Source: Andalucia godoyi And28
Lineage: Eukaryota; Protista; Jakobida
Direction of reading: 5' to 3'
Assembly (NCBI GenBank): GCA_009859145.1
Contig: VRVR01000053.1
Coordinates: 124,001-188,000, forward strand
DNA length: 64,000 bases
This document shows positions 41,438 through 51,443 of this stretch, piece after piece. Within the stretch, counting starts at the first letter, position 1. Each line of letters begins with the position of its first letter. Made by a program: the position numbers and the translations under genes. The notes under the pieces are model-generated. The model saw only the letters and a list, made by a program, of their open reading frames with translations. It was not told where the DNA came from and searched no databases.

Positions 41438-43201
41438 ATGGCGGACACTACTGTGACACCGAAGGGTGCAGGAAGCGCTCCGGCTACTGCTGCTGCGTCC
41501 GCTTCGGGGGTGGCGGAGAAGGACAAGGACAGCAAGACTCTGGACTGGACGGTGAGCGATGCGGTTCTGCCTCCTTCCGGTACCCCGATCCTGCGAGATT
41601 TGATAGGATTGCATGTGCACGTGCTTCGGTTCTTCGCAAAAGCGCAAATCGGGCGCGAGGTGTTTGAGAATGAGCGGGCACAGCTGCGCGATCGTCGCGG
41701 TTCCGTGGGCCGTTATGGACTGTGGCACAAGTCCGCGATGGTTCTAGCACTCATTGCATGCATCGCGTCTATTATTGTGCAGATTGCAACGGTGAGTGAC
41801 AAGTCTGCCAGGATTTCTAAAGCCCAGGATAAGCAAGACGAAAGGGTAAAGTCGTATAATGTTGTCATTGCACGATGGACCGATCTGCGGCAGTCGACAA
41901 TCGATTCGCTCGACTTCACCGATCCTATCAAGTTGGATTTGCAGTACCGGCTCATCAAGGTCGCCGACCAATCCATCTCCGTGCTCAAAAGCCTAAAGAC
42001 GGAAGGCCAGAACCTCGTCAAGATCGTCACCACGTTGTTTGGCCTCGAGCTTTTCTTTCTGTTTGTGCTTATCTTTGCCACCTGCGCTGTTGGACTCGCC
42101 TTGCGGAACTGGAGGACTACAAAGGTTTCGTGTAAGTGGCTTTCCGTAGCTTGGCTGGCTACGTTTTTGGTCCCGTACATCGTATCTTTCATTCCGTTCC
42201 GCATAACGCTGACAGAAACCGACGTGTGGACCAAGGCATCCGACACGACGCAGCTCACCGCTGACTTTTTCACACATCTCGCAGGGACCATCACTCCGGC
42301 CCAGCTGGCTACGCTCCCCGAGGCCGCAGAGGTTCTCGTTAATGCGTCGCCCATCGCAATCCAGGAACTTGCGGACCAGTTGCAGTACGTCTCCAAGAAC
42401 ATTCTCAATCCATTGGACGATGCGATCCGAGGTTCTCCGTTTGCCGTCATGATGTTTGTTCGCACGGCCCCTCCATCGCTCTCGCTTCTCCCGTCCCTTC
42501 TTACCGCGGCCATCCTCTTCAAGACCGTGTTCCCGGTCTCGTCTGCGCTGCCAGCCGTGCTCGTGTTTGGAGTCCCAGTGTTCAGCACCCCACTGACGAT
42601 CGCCCTGTTTGCCATGTTGCTGCAGATCATGCCATCGCCTTTGCTGATCATTGCTGCTGTGTTACTCGCTTCCAGTTTGCTGCCTCTCATGTACCGCCCG
42701 TCGCAGTACACTTCTGCCATGACCACCGTCGACTTTGACTCGGAGATCAAGCGCCGCATGCGAGTGTCGCTCATCCTCAAGGTCCTTTCTGCCGTGCTTA
42801 TTTTTGCGTGGCTCATCGCCGTCGGCGTCGCAGGCACAAACTCGTCGATTGATCTCGATACCCTCACGATTATCAACGCGCTTCTCGGTGTTCTTCGAGG
42901 CCTCGTCATCACCGAGCCCTTCTGGTGCGACTGCATGATTCTCACCGTCGCAACAATCCACAGATTCAGCTTCCTGCTGCGCAAGGAAAACAAGGAAACG
43001 GAAAGCATCGAGGAAAACAACGCCATTGCCACGATGTTTGACATGATGCCCGAGCAGCCTCAAAGCAAGGACCGTCCGCTGTCCTCCGTGGAGCTCATCA
43101 GCCATAAACACGAGGATGCTTCCGCAGCCACCGAGTCCGAGTCCCAGTCCCAGTCCGAGTCCCAGCAAGAGCCGCATGCATCTTTCTCTATGATTGTGTG
43201 A
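41438..43201 (+). CDS. Uncharacterised multi-pass membrane protein
   Basis: About 587-aa ORF with roughly 7-9 hydrophobic helices. No named family recognised. Confidence 0.8.
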   Translation: MADTTVTPKGAGSAPATAAASASGVAEKDKDSKTLDWTVSDAVLPPSGTPILRDLIGLHVHVLRFFAKAQIGREVFENERAQLRDRRGSVGRYGLWHKSAMVLALIACIASIIVQIATVSDKSARISKAQDKQDERVKSYNVVIARWTDLRQSTIDSLDFTDPIKLDLQYRLIKVADQSISVLKSLKTEGQNLVKIVTTLFGLELFFLFVLIFATCAVGLALRNWRTTKVSCKWLSVAWLATFLVPYIVSFIPFRITLTETDVWTKASDTTQLTADFFTHLAGTITPAQLATLPEAAEVLVNASPIAIQELADQLQYVSKNILNPLDDAIRGSPFAVMMFVRTAPPSLSLLPSLLTAAILFKTVFPVSSALPAVLVFGVPVFSTPLTIALFAMLLQIMPSPLLIIAAVLLASSLLPLMYRPSQYTSAMTTVDFDSEIKRRMRVSLILKVLSAVLIFAWLIAVGVAGTNSSIDLDTLTIINALLGVLRGLVITEPFWCDCMILTVATIHRFSFLLRKENKETESIEENNAIATMFDMMPEQPQSKDRPLSSVELISHKHEDASAATESESQSQSESQQEPHASFSMIV

Positions 43202-43469
43202 GTCGGGCCCTCATGGTAATTAAAAAAAACGTACGTTTCAAAAAAGAAATACCTTATCATGAATTCCCTCGTCCTCATTTCCCCTGCTTGTCAACAGTCG
43301 TAAAAAATAAAAAACGAGCTCCGTCCTGTCGTAGTAAAGGACATGACTGCTTTGCGAGACTCTGTTTTTCTCCCTCTACTTGCCTGTCTCTCTCTGTTTC
43401 TCTTTCTCACTCTCACTCACTCTCACTCACTCTCACTCACTCTCGCTCTCTTAAACTTTGAAAAGCAGG

Positions 43470-44813
43470 ATGACCGAGTATACTCCGCGTGTGTCTTATT
43501 TAAAGTCTCTCCCGGCGGTTCGCGAAACGACGCACCGAGTCTTGGATCTTGCGCTGTCATGCGACGGCCTTGACCACTGGCGCGTGGACCTGTCCCGTCT
43601 CGAGTCTGCAGCGGACTTGGTTTTGTCTGTGAAGGGGTCGACATATGGCGACATGCGATTTGAGGACCTGCCGTATCATTCGCGGTGGCGTCATTTTGAG
43701 GCTGGGAAAATTGCCCGACTTTCGGAGTTGCTAGCGTCACTTGACGCGGCGGTTTATGACCGGCAGGCGATTCTACGGCTGTTGCTGGATCTTGCGGTCG
43801 TAGCGGTGCTCTTGGACGCGGGCGCGGGAGCGGAATGGCGGTATGTCGAGGCTGCGACAGGCTTGACGTTCTCGCGCTCCGAGGGTCTGGGTGTCGCAGC
43901 ATGGCACATGTTTTGTGCAGGTCTCTTCTCCTCGGATCCTGCGCGCGATCCGTATCGCGTGGATGCGGCTGGCCTCGCGCGTGTCACTCGAGACAAGCTT
44001 GCGGCCGGGATGCAGGTTTCTCCCTCGAACCCACTTGTGGGCCTCGAAGGGCGCCTTGCTCTGCTCCACAACCTCGGGTCCACGCTTGCTGCCCAGCCAC
44101 ACCTCTTTGCTCCTCCGGGGTGCGGCGGCGCCAACGCGAGCGCCCAGTCGGAGAACGGCATGCAGAACCGGCCTGGATGTTTCTTGGATGCGTTGGGGTC
44201 GCAGGAAATCTCGATCCAGGACTTGTGGCGCGTCGTGTCACAGGGGTTCGCAGACGTGTGGCCGCGATCCAGATCGTCGCTTGATGGAGTCAACCTCGGC
44301 GATGTCTGGGTGTGCCCGGCTCTCGTTCGGCACCTTCAAAAGGACCATGACACGGGAGATGAGAAGGAGAAAGAGGCCAAGGGAATGGTGGCGTTTCATA
44401 AGCTGTCGCAGTGGCTGACGTATTCACTGTTGGAAGTGCTGGAAGTTCATGCAGGCATGCGCGTGGTTGGGGCAGCACAGCAGATGACTGGACTCGCTGA
44501 GTATCGCAATGGAGGGTTGCTTGTGGATATGGGGGTTATCGTGCCGCGAGAGACAGGTGCATTGGCAAAAGAGGGAGGATACGAAGTGCATTCTCCGTTT
44601 GTCATTGAGTGGCGCGCATTGACTGTTGCCCTGCTCGACCGACTCGCGACTCGCATCCGCGAAAAGGTCGGCGGACTCTCGGAAGAGCAGCTGCCGCTCG
44701 CAAAGATCCTCGAAGCTGGGACGTGGGCTGCTGGCAGAGTCTGTGCGTGGAAGCGAAGCCCAGAAACAGGTAATCCGCCCTTCAAGATCATCTCGGACGG
44801 TACTGTCTTTTAA
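43470..44813 (+). CDS. URC4: URC4/Urg3 (DUF1688) uracil catabolism family protein
   Basis: SLPAVRE, PYHSRWRHF, VLLDAGAGAEWRY, RSEGLGVA, FHKLSQWLTYSL, TGLAEYRNGGL, EWRALTV, LEAGTWAAGR and SDGTVF motifs. Confidence 0.93.
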   Translation: MTEYTPRVSYLKSLPAVRETTHRVLDLALSCDGLDHWRVDLSRLESAADLVLSVKGSTYGDMRFEDLPYHSRWRHFEAGKIARLSELLASLDAAVYDRQAILRLLLDLAVVAVLLDAGAGAEWRYVEAATGLTFSRSEGLGVAAWHMFCAGLFSSDPARDPYRVDAAGLARVTRDKLAAGMQVSPSNPLVGLEGRLALLHNLGSTLAAQPHLFAPPGCGGANASAQSENGMQNRPGCFLDALGSQEISIQDLWRVVSQGFADVWPRSRSSLDGVNLGDVWVCPALVRHLQKDHDTGDEKEKEAKGMVAFHKLSQWLTYSLLEVLEVHAGMRVVGAAQQMTGLAEYRNGGLLVDMGVIVPRETGALAKEGGYEVHSPFVIEWRALTVALLDRLATRIREKVGGLSEEQLPLAKILEAGTWAAGRVCAWKRSPETGNPPFKIISDGTVF

Positions 44814-45099
44814 GCCCATCACCACTATCACCACTATCATCCGTATCGCGACTTGGTTCGGTTCGGTTCGGTTCGGCTCGGCTCGTCACTATCTTTTTTA
44901 TCATTTTTTATATATTTTTTACATTTAAAAAATTCATCCACCCGCCGTTAAAAAATGGTGGATATCTTACGCCGTGCCGTGCAAATGTGTGTGCGCGTGT
45001 GCGTGCGTGACAGTCGTGATGATTGTTTGCTTTTATTAAAAAATTATTATTTGTTCGCATATTTTGTTCGTTCCATCCCTTTTCTGGCAGGATGTTGAT

Positions 45100-47439
45100 T
45101 TATGCTCGGGCGACAGAGTGGAGAAGGGCAGCATAGGAAAAGAGGTCAGGCGATCCGCTAACGGGAGCCAGGATGGCGACGAACCGGTCATACTCGTCCG
45201 CTGAAGTCCCGAGGACTCTCTTGAGATCGGCAACCGAGACGATTCCGTTGATATCCGGAGCGTTCGGACCTCGAATGGCCCTGAACATCTCGTCAACCAG
45301 CGTAGTATCAACTCCACCGGATCCTCTCTTTCTTCGTCGCTCGCGCGCAGCACACACGTCTCGCACAAGCTCATCAAACTGCGCGCGCGTCAGCTCACCA
45401 CCCTCAGCAAGTCCAAGTCGAGCCCAGACGCGATCAGCAGGCTCCAGCAGGCCCGCCTCGCCATCGGTGGACTGCACCAGAGCAGCGTACTCCAGTCGGC
45501 TGAGAGTTCCAGACTTGTCCTTGTCGAAATGCACGAATCCAGCGACAAGCTCGCGCTCCACGGCCGCGTCACTGTCTTCGTCGGCGGACGTCAGCTTCGA
45601 CCGAGAAACATGCGCGGCGACCTTAGCCTCCAGCGCGGCGACCGAAGGCTCGACAGCTCGATCGTCGCCAAGCAAGGACGCAAGCTGCCGAAGATCCTGC
45701 AACTGCGATTCGAGCTCTTCAGCGGACACCGCCTGCTGCTGCTGAGGCGATTGAAGCAGAAGATTCTCGAGATTGGATGCCTTGGTGTGATACTCGGATC
45801 GACGGGCTTCAAGTTGCTGTGCATTCGACAGCCGCGTGCGAATTGCGCGGATCGACCGCTGGATTTGAAGCTTTCGAGCCTCTGGAGCGTAGTCGGACGG
45901 GATAACAGACGGCGCCGTCGCTGCATTGAATCCGCCGATATCGACCTGCTGCACCAGTCGCTCAATCTCCAGCAGTTCCTCTTCGTCGATCTCGACCTTG
46001 TCACCGTCACCGCCACTGTTCGTGTCATTGTCATTGTCATTGAGACTTGCTGGGAGACGGGAGGCCAAGTCCTCGAGAGCGAGATATGTGGCAAACGTCT
46101 GTGAGTGCTCCGCGGCGATCTTGGCCAGAAGCTCGGTCTCACGGTTCGCGAGGCTCGTCAGCGTCCTTTCGATTTCCGAGTCGCACTTTGCAATTCGCGG
46201 GTTGCGCAGCGATGCAGATTTGCTGCCAACCGCTGCAACTTGAGCCTTGAGATTGTGGACGCGGCTTCGGGCTTCCGCAATCGCCAGCAGAGAGTCCTGC
46301 CGATCAACATCACCACCGTCTTGTTCCCTGTCTTTCTGAATCTGCTCCAGAGTGGAAAAGGCGGCAGCAAGCAGGGTTTCGAGAATTGTGTTCGTGGTCT
46401 TGGTGCGCGTTTCAAGCTTTTGTGCACGGGCCTGCGACTGGGACTTTGCCGCGTGCTCTTGCTCTCGAGCCTGCATGACGGCCCAACGTGCACGGAGGTT
46501 CTGTGGCTGGAACTGGGGATGGAGCAGCGTAGACTGTGCCGTGGCAACCTGGGACTCAATGTGCTGGAGAATTTGCCAATACTTGGACTTTTCAGCATGA
46601 AACACGGATGGATCTGCCGTCTTGAACTGGGCGTCGGTCCACGAGATGAAGTTCTTAGCCTGTGCTTCAAGCTGCTTGCGCTGGTCATCCAGCGCCACAA
46701 GAGTCGCAGCAAGTTGGCGGAAAGATTGCTCCTTGTTCGCAGACTGGAAGTTCTTCCAGCAGCACGAGATGTACGTCATCACGGACTTTTCGTCCGGCTT
46801 GGCACCAAGCATATCCTCTACATCCAACAGTCTCGGAACCCCAAAGTGCGTCTCTGCAAGTGAAAACGCGAGTTCAATGTTTGCATATGCAGTGCTTGTG
46901 CGAACCTTGTCCATGTCGACGACCTCGGGCTTGTGGGCGTGGAGCAGTGCACAGAATGCAATTCCAGAGGTCCACGATGCGCCAAAGTCGTTGATCTCGA
47001 CAACCGAGGATGGGACCTTCTTCTTGCACCACAGCAGCAGCCCTTCCTTGGCGGTGTTTGCGTCTTCCTGGATCTCCTCGAGCGAGTACTTGTGAATGAG
47101 AGTCCACAGCATTCCAAGAATCAACTTCGAATTGTGCTCCAAGATATCCTCCGCCGAAAACTGCAACTTCAACTTGGACTTGCCAACAAAGTTGTTGATA
47201 AAGTCCAAAGCCTTGTTGAGGTTTTCAATCTTTTGGAACTTCATCTTTGGGGTCTTGTGCATCTTGGCAGATATGTCCTTCTTGGACAACTCGGACACGA
47301 GGTCGCAAAGCAGCGTTCCGTCTTCAAAGTCCGCGGCGAGATCCTTAATCACGCGTCCGCGGCGGCTCAGATATGCGTTGCACCATCGAGTAAACGACTT
47401 GATCTGCATATTCTCCCATGTTTTTTCCAGCAGCGACAT
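45100..47439 (-). CDS. ACTN: Alpha-actinin-like actin cross-linker (CH1-CH2, helical rod, EF-hands)
   Basis: WENMQIKSFTRWCN, LILGMLWTLIHKY, AKEGLLLWC, SWTSGIAFCALLH, PDEKSVMTYIS and C-terminal FVHFDKDKSGTLSRLE. Confidence 0.85.
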   Translation of the reverse strand: MSLLEKTWENMQIKSFTRWCNAYLSRRGRVIKDLAADFEDGTLLCDLVSELSKKDISAKMHKTPKMKFQKIENLNKALDFINNFVGKSKLKLQFSAEDILEHNSKLILGMLWTLIHKYSLEEIQEDANTAKEGLLLWCKKKVPSSVVEINDFGASWTSGIAFCALLHAHKPEVVDMDKVRTSTAYANIELAFSLAETHFGVPRLLDVEDMLGAKPDEKSVMTYISCCWKNFQSANKEQSFRQLAATLVALDDQRKQLEAQAKNFISWTDAQFKTADPSVFHAEKSKYWQILQHIESQVATAQSTLLHPQFQPQNLRARWAVMQAREQEHAAKSQSQARAQKLETRTKTTNTILETLLAAAFSTLEQIQKDREQDGGDVDRQDSLLAIAEARSRVHNLKAQVAAVGSKSASLRNPRIAKCDSEIERTLTSLANRETELLAKIAAEHSQTFATYLALEDLASRLPASLNDNDNDTNSGGDGDKVEIDEEELLEIERLVQQVDIGGFNAATAPSVIPSDYAPEARKLQIQRSIRAIRTRLSNAQQLEARRSEYHTKASNLENLLLQSPQQQQAVSAEELESQLQDLRQLASLLGDDRAVEPSVAALEAKVAAHVSRSKLTSADEDSDAAVERELVAGFVHFDKDKSGTLSRLEYAALVQSTDGEAGLLEPADRVWARLGLAEGGELTRAQFDELVRDVCAARERRRKRGSGGVDTTLVDEMFRAIRGPNAPDINGIVSVADLKRVLGTSADEYDRFVAILAPVSGSPDLFSYAALLHSVARA

Positions 47440-47558
47440 TTTGTTCAGTTACGATGCTTTGATCTTGGTCGGTAATCCACTGAGGTTTTGACGTTTGCTT
47501 CCAAGTATTTTTGATAATCGATGACGACAACAGAGAAAAAGAATAGTAGCACAGTATT

Positions 47559-47605
<47 letters not shown>
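47559..47605. repeat. (ACA)n microsatellite
   Basis: Directly visible upstream of the actinin gene. Confidence 0.95.
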
Positions 47606-47902
47606 GAAGTAATCATAGAAACCTTGCGGCGTCCAATTTATTTATACTTGTGTGTGAACTAGCATGTGTTACGCTTCCGGCTTGGGCCTCTCATCCGTCC
47701 TCAAGAGCCGCAGTGATAATGAAGTGACCGGAAAGTTGACTGCGATATTGATCCTCGGCGGTTCCAGTGCGCACAGATTGCTTTCTTCCACCTCATATCT
47801 CGTTCAAGTTTTTCTGCACATACTCGAACATTTGTCATGATTTTCGCGCGCATACATTTACGCATTTTCCTTTGTGCATCAAGCATGAAACGATTATCTG
47901 AC

Positions 47903-50900
47903 TTATGAATCTTCTATTTCAAAGACATTGACGGATCCTGACTGCGCTTTTGATTCCGTCTGGGAATCGTCCACCGCGACAGGCGCGTCTTCCGCTGCAG
48001 CGTCGATGAGGACATCCATAATACGGCCTGCAGACTCGCTGCTTTCGCCATGCTTGTCGACACCGCCGTCTACGTCGTCTTCGTGATCATCGTCATCGTC
48101 ATCGTTATCGTCATCGTCATCGTCATTGTCATTGTCATTGTCATTGTCATCGCTATCGCTGGAAGTGTCAAAAACATCTTCCTTGACGTCTGCCACAGCG
48201 CTGCAATCGTCCTGTTTTCTGCGCTGATCACGACATTTGTCATCATCGATGACGGTTCTATGGTCCTCCTTATTGGACAATTTCTGTTCACCATCATACG
48301 TTTCATCTGTCAACGCAGGCTCTGGTTCAGATACACGGATGACTGTAGGGCTCCCAGTAGTCGATTGATCTTCCGCCTCCTTGTGCTCCACCATCGCCAC
48401 TTTCAGCTGATCATCGTCGCTGTCAATCTGAATGTTTCGTGTTTTTCGAGACTTCTTGTTTGCTTTTTTTCGGTCGTCTTGGATGCGCTCCCGGAGGGCA
48501 GCAAACTCTTCCAACACAAGTGGCAGCATTGGCGGCTCTCGCTCTTGGAAAGTGTCCATGCACATGGCTTTCAGTCTGTCTCTCATCATGGGAATGAGCC
48601 GCTGTGCGTTGAACCAGTCGACTCCAAAGGACAACTCTGTATTGGACCACTTTGACAGAACCGCGGTCGTCCCGAGATCCATCAAATCGGTTACAAGAAA
48701 CTCCACAAACGTCAGCAGGAATGCGCCGCAGTCTGATCCATTGCTTTGCTCCGGAACGCGGACACGCTCGTACCGCACGATCCTTCTGCTCGACAAAGGA
48801 AGGACAATAGCATCCTCCGCAAGACCCGCATCGGCAGCAGGAATCTTCCGGCGCAAGAAATCTGTGATTTTCCGTGCAGCAAGTGTGAACGAGTTCTTGT
48901 TGGAAGGCATCGAATCGAGAAACAGAATCATGCAACAGCAGCCATCCATGGACGCCTGCGACGGATTCAAAACGATCGCGAGCGACCAGTGCAGACTCTT
49001 CTGATGCAGCGGGATAACAAGAATGCTCTTTTGTGCGAGTTCCACTTTTCGCACAAATGCGTCTTGGCGCTCGGTGGGGGCGGTGAAGAAGTGAGTCGAA
49101 AAAAAGTGAATGGATTTTGCATACTCGGGAGAACGCGACTCGAGCACTGCTTTCAGAAAAGCGAGATACATGTCAATGAGATTATCGTTGAGAAACTCCC
49201 CAGGGCGTGTCCGGCGCATATCGGATCCCCGAAGATCCACATTATACTTGACTCCAAGAGGAAGCTTGTCCAGCTCTTCGTCGTCTTCCAACATATCTAC
49301 AGTTTCAGCAGTGCGTTCGTGGTTCCGAGATCCAGTGCGAGACGACGGTTTGGCGGTTCCTCGTCGGTGCTGCTGCTTCGCACTTGAGTTAGAATCGTTT
49401 CCATCGTTACCAGCGTTACTCGCATCACCAGTATTTCCCTCATCCCGGTCATGGTCAAGATCACGGTCACGATCGACATCGACATCGTCATCGTCATCAC
49501 TGGACAATACGACAACCTCGACTGAGTTACTGGATTTTCCTCCCAGAGACACGGACCGCTTCCGCTTGGACATTTTCTCTCCCCCGCGAGTCCCACCGAG
49601 CGAGCCTGTTTCAGTGTCCGACAGTGCATCCTTTTTTGTACATGTTTCTTTTCTCTTGTGCTTGGATTCGTCTCCCTTTCCCACACGGCTACTCGTCGCA
49701 TCATTGAGGGATCGCAAATGCGAACCAGCTGTGAGAGCGGGACTGCCTTCCATAAACTGCGAGGAAGAAAATCGCAAACGACTCGCAGCCGTCGGGACGC
49801 ACTGTGACGACGATGACGATGCTTTGTGAGCATTGTACTGCGCAGCCTCGATCGCTCGCCTGGACAACCCCGAAACATTCGCAGGTGCGAGCGGAGAGCC
49901 GGGGCGTTTCAGTTTCGCAGAAGGCACTGCTTGCATCTTTCCGTTTGCAGGAGACCGAAGAGTAGGCGCGGGAAGCACCTTTTCGACATGCGGTGCTGGT
50001 TCGCGAAATGTCGGTCGGATGGCATCTGACACAGCCGACACAGCCGATGAAGTCGTCCCCCGGGTAATGGTAAGACACGTTCCCTTTGCCTTTGCCTTCA
50101 TGAAAAACTCCAGGAGCAGTTGGGCTGAAGTATTGTTTGCGATGTGAAACTCCAGCTCCACAAGTGAATCCCGGTGTGCTGCGAACGATGCGTCGGCGGG
50201 TCTCAAAGGCAGCGGGACGTTTCTTGTTCCAAATGTCAAAGACACTGACGTCGCATTCGGAGGAATGTCATTAGGGTACGGGACATTGACTTGCTCGACA
50301 TCCGCAACGCGAAGCTTGATCTGCCGTGCGCCATGAATGTAAAATGAAAAATGGCCCACGACGCGATCGTGGGCATCCACGGACATGTTGAAGTATATAT
50401 CGTCGTTCTGGTCCACTGCAAATGAGCGCCCTCTGACAATCACCTTCTGAAGCGTGCAGATCCGAGAGAAAGTCAGGGCTGCAGCACCCGAACCCAATCC
50501 GTCCATGGAATGCCGTGCATGGCCTCTGTTGCTCCGTCCGCTGTCCATCCCACCACCCGTACTCTGGGTATCTGCGCCACTGCTTGGTCTTCCAGGGTAG
50601 CAAGTAACGGTAGGGGTAGAGGTGACAGATGGCGGTGGTCCCGGACATCGTGCCAGCAGCGGATCCACAACATCCTCGTCCGCAATCTTTGGTCTCTTTC
50701 GACTGGAGTCCCCGGCCACATCAACTGTAAGCGGCCGTTTTCTCGATTGGTGAGGCACAAGCCGTTTTGGCGGAAGAGCCGAAGAGTCCCGAAAGTACGC
50801 ATCGAGACTCTCTGACGGCCTCGTCCCCCGCTTTAGGATGCTTCGATCAATTAAGTTTTCCGAATTCAGCGTCGATGCGAACAGTTTCCGACACCGCAGA

Positions 50901-51067
50901 GATGCACTACAACTATGACGACCATCATCACCACCACCATCATCATCATCATCATCATTATTATCATCATCATTATTATTATCATTCTCATTTTCATTAT
51001 CACGATCACGATCATCGCCATCAAGCGAAAGCACGACGACATTCGGACTTGATGAACTGTGTGCCAT
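47903..51067 (-). CDS. Ulp1/C48 family SUMO protease (ULP2/SENP6-7-like)
   Basis: EFLNDNLIDMYL, HFFSTHFF, HWSLAIV (catalytic His), FLDSM (Asp) and QSNGSDCG (Gln/Cys). A PH-like region lies upstream of the protease domain. Confidence 0.92.
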   Translation of the reverse strand: MAHSSSSPNVVVLSLDGDDRDRDNENENDNNNDDDNNDDDDDDGGGDDGRHSCSASLRCRKLFASTLNSENLIDRSILKRGTRPSESLDAYFRDSSALPPKRLVPHQSRKRPLTVDVAGDSSRKRPKIADEDVVDPLLARCPGPPPSVTSTPTVTCYPGRPSSGADTQSTGGGMDSGRSNRGHARHSMDGLGSGAAALTFSRICTLQKVIVRGRSFAVDQNDDIYFNMSVDAHDRVVGHFSFYIHGARQIKLRVADVEQVNVPYPNDIPPNATSVSLTFGTRNVPLPLRPADASFAAHRDSLVELEFHIANNTSAQLLLEFFMKAKAKGTCLTITRGTTSSAVSAVSDAIRPTFREPAPHVEKVLPAPTLRSPANGKMQAVPSAKLKRPGSPLAPANVSGLSRRAIEAAQYNAHKASSSSSQCVPTAASRLRFSSSQFMEGSPALTAGSHLRSLNDATSSRVGKGDESKHKRKETCTKKDALSDTETGSLGGTRGGEKMSKRKRSVSLGGKSSNSVEVVVLSSDDDDDVDVDRDRDLDHDRDEGNTGDASNAGNDGNDSNSSAKQQHRRGTAKPSSRTGSRNHERTAETVDMLEDDEELDKLPLGVKYNVDLRGSDMRRTRPGEFLNDNLIDMYLAFLKAVLESRSPEYAKSIHFFSTHFFTAPTERQDAFVRKVELAQKSILVIPLHQKSLHWSLAIVLNPSQASMDGCCCMILFLDSMPSNKNSFTLAARKITDFLRRKIPAADAGLAEDAIVLPLSSRRIVRYERVRVPEQSNGSDCGAFLLTFVEFLVTDLMDLGTTAVLSKWSNTELSFGVDWFNAQRLIPMMRDRLKAMCMDTFQEREPPMLPLVLEEFAALRERIQDDRKKANKKSRKTRNIQIDSDDDQLKVAMVEHKEAEDQSTTGSPTVIRVSEPEPALTDETYDGEQKLSNKEDHRTVIDDDKCRDQRRKQDDCSAVADVKEDVFDTSSDSDDNDNDNDNDDDDDDNDDDDDDHEDDVDGGVDKHGESSESAGRIMDVLIDAAAEDAPVAVDDSQTESKAQSGSVNVFEIEDS

Positions 51068-51443
51068 TCTCTAATTCGCCTCTAATCCACTGTGACGGTA
51101 AGAATGTTTTTTATTTTATTTCACAATGTAAAAAGTTTTTTAAAATTAATAAAACCTTCCCAGAAGAAACACTCATCTTCACCTTTCTCTTTCAATTTCG
51201 GCGTTGGCGGGTCGTTCAGCCTCAACTGCACTCCAGTGCGGATTCTACAGCAGTTTCTTTATTTTCCGCCCAACGATACCGGCATCGCTTCCGTTTTTCG
51301 AAACGACCGCGTTGTGAATACCATTTTTCTGCCCATCTTCTCTCGTTCGTTTTTCCATTTCCACCCCGTCTTTTTTTCGAAGGGTTCTATTGGATTTACT
51401 GGATTTGAGAGAGTGGTCGACACACACAGAGAAGCGAAAAACA

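Noticed and set aside
41713-43044. 443-aa minus ORF, and similar long antisense ORFs (5935-6957, 16917-18242, 28545-29390)
   Set aside because: These are shadow frames of well-supported genes on the opposite strand or in another frame.
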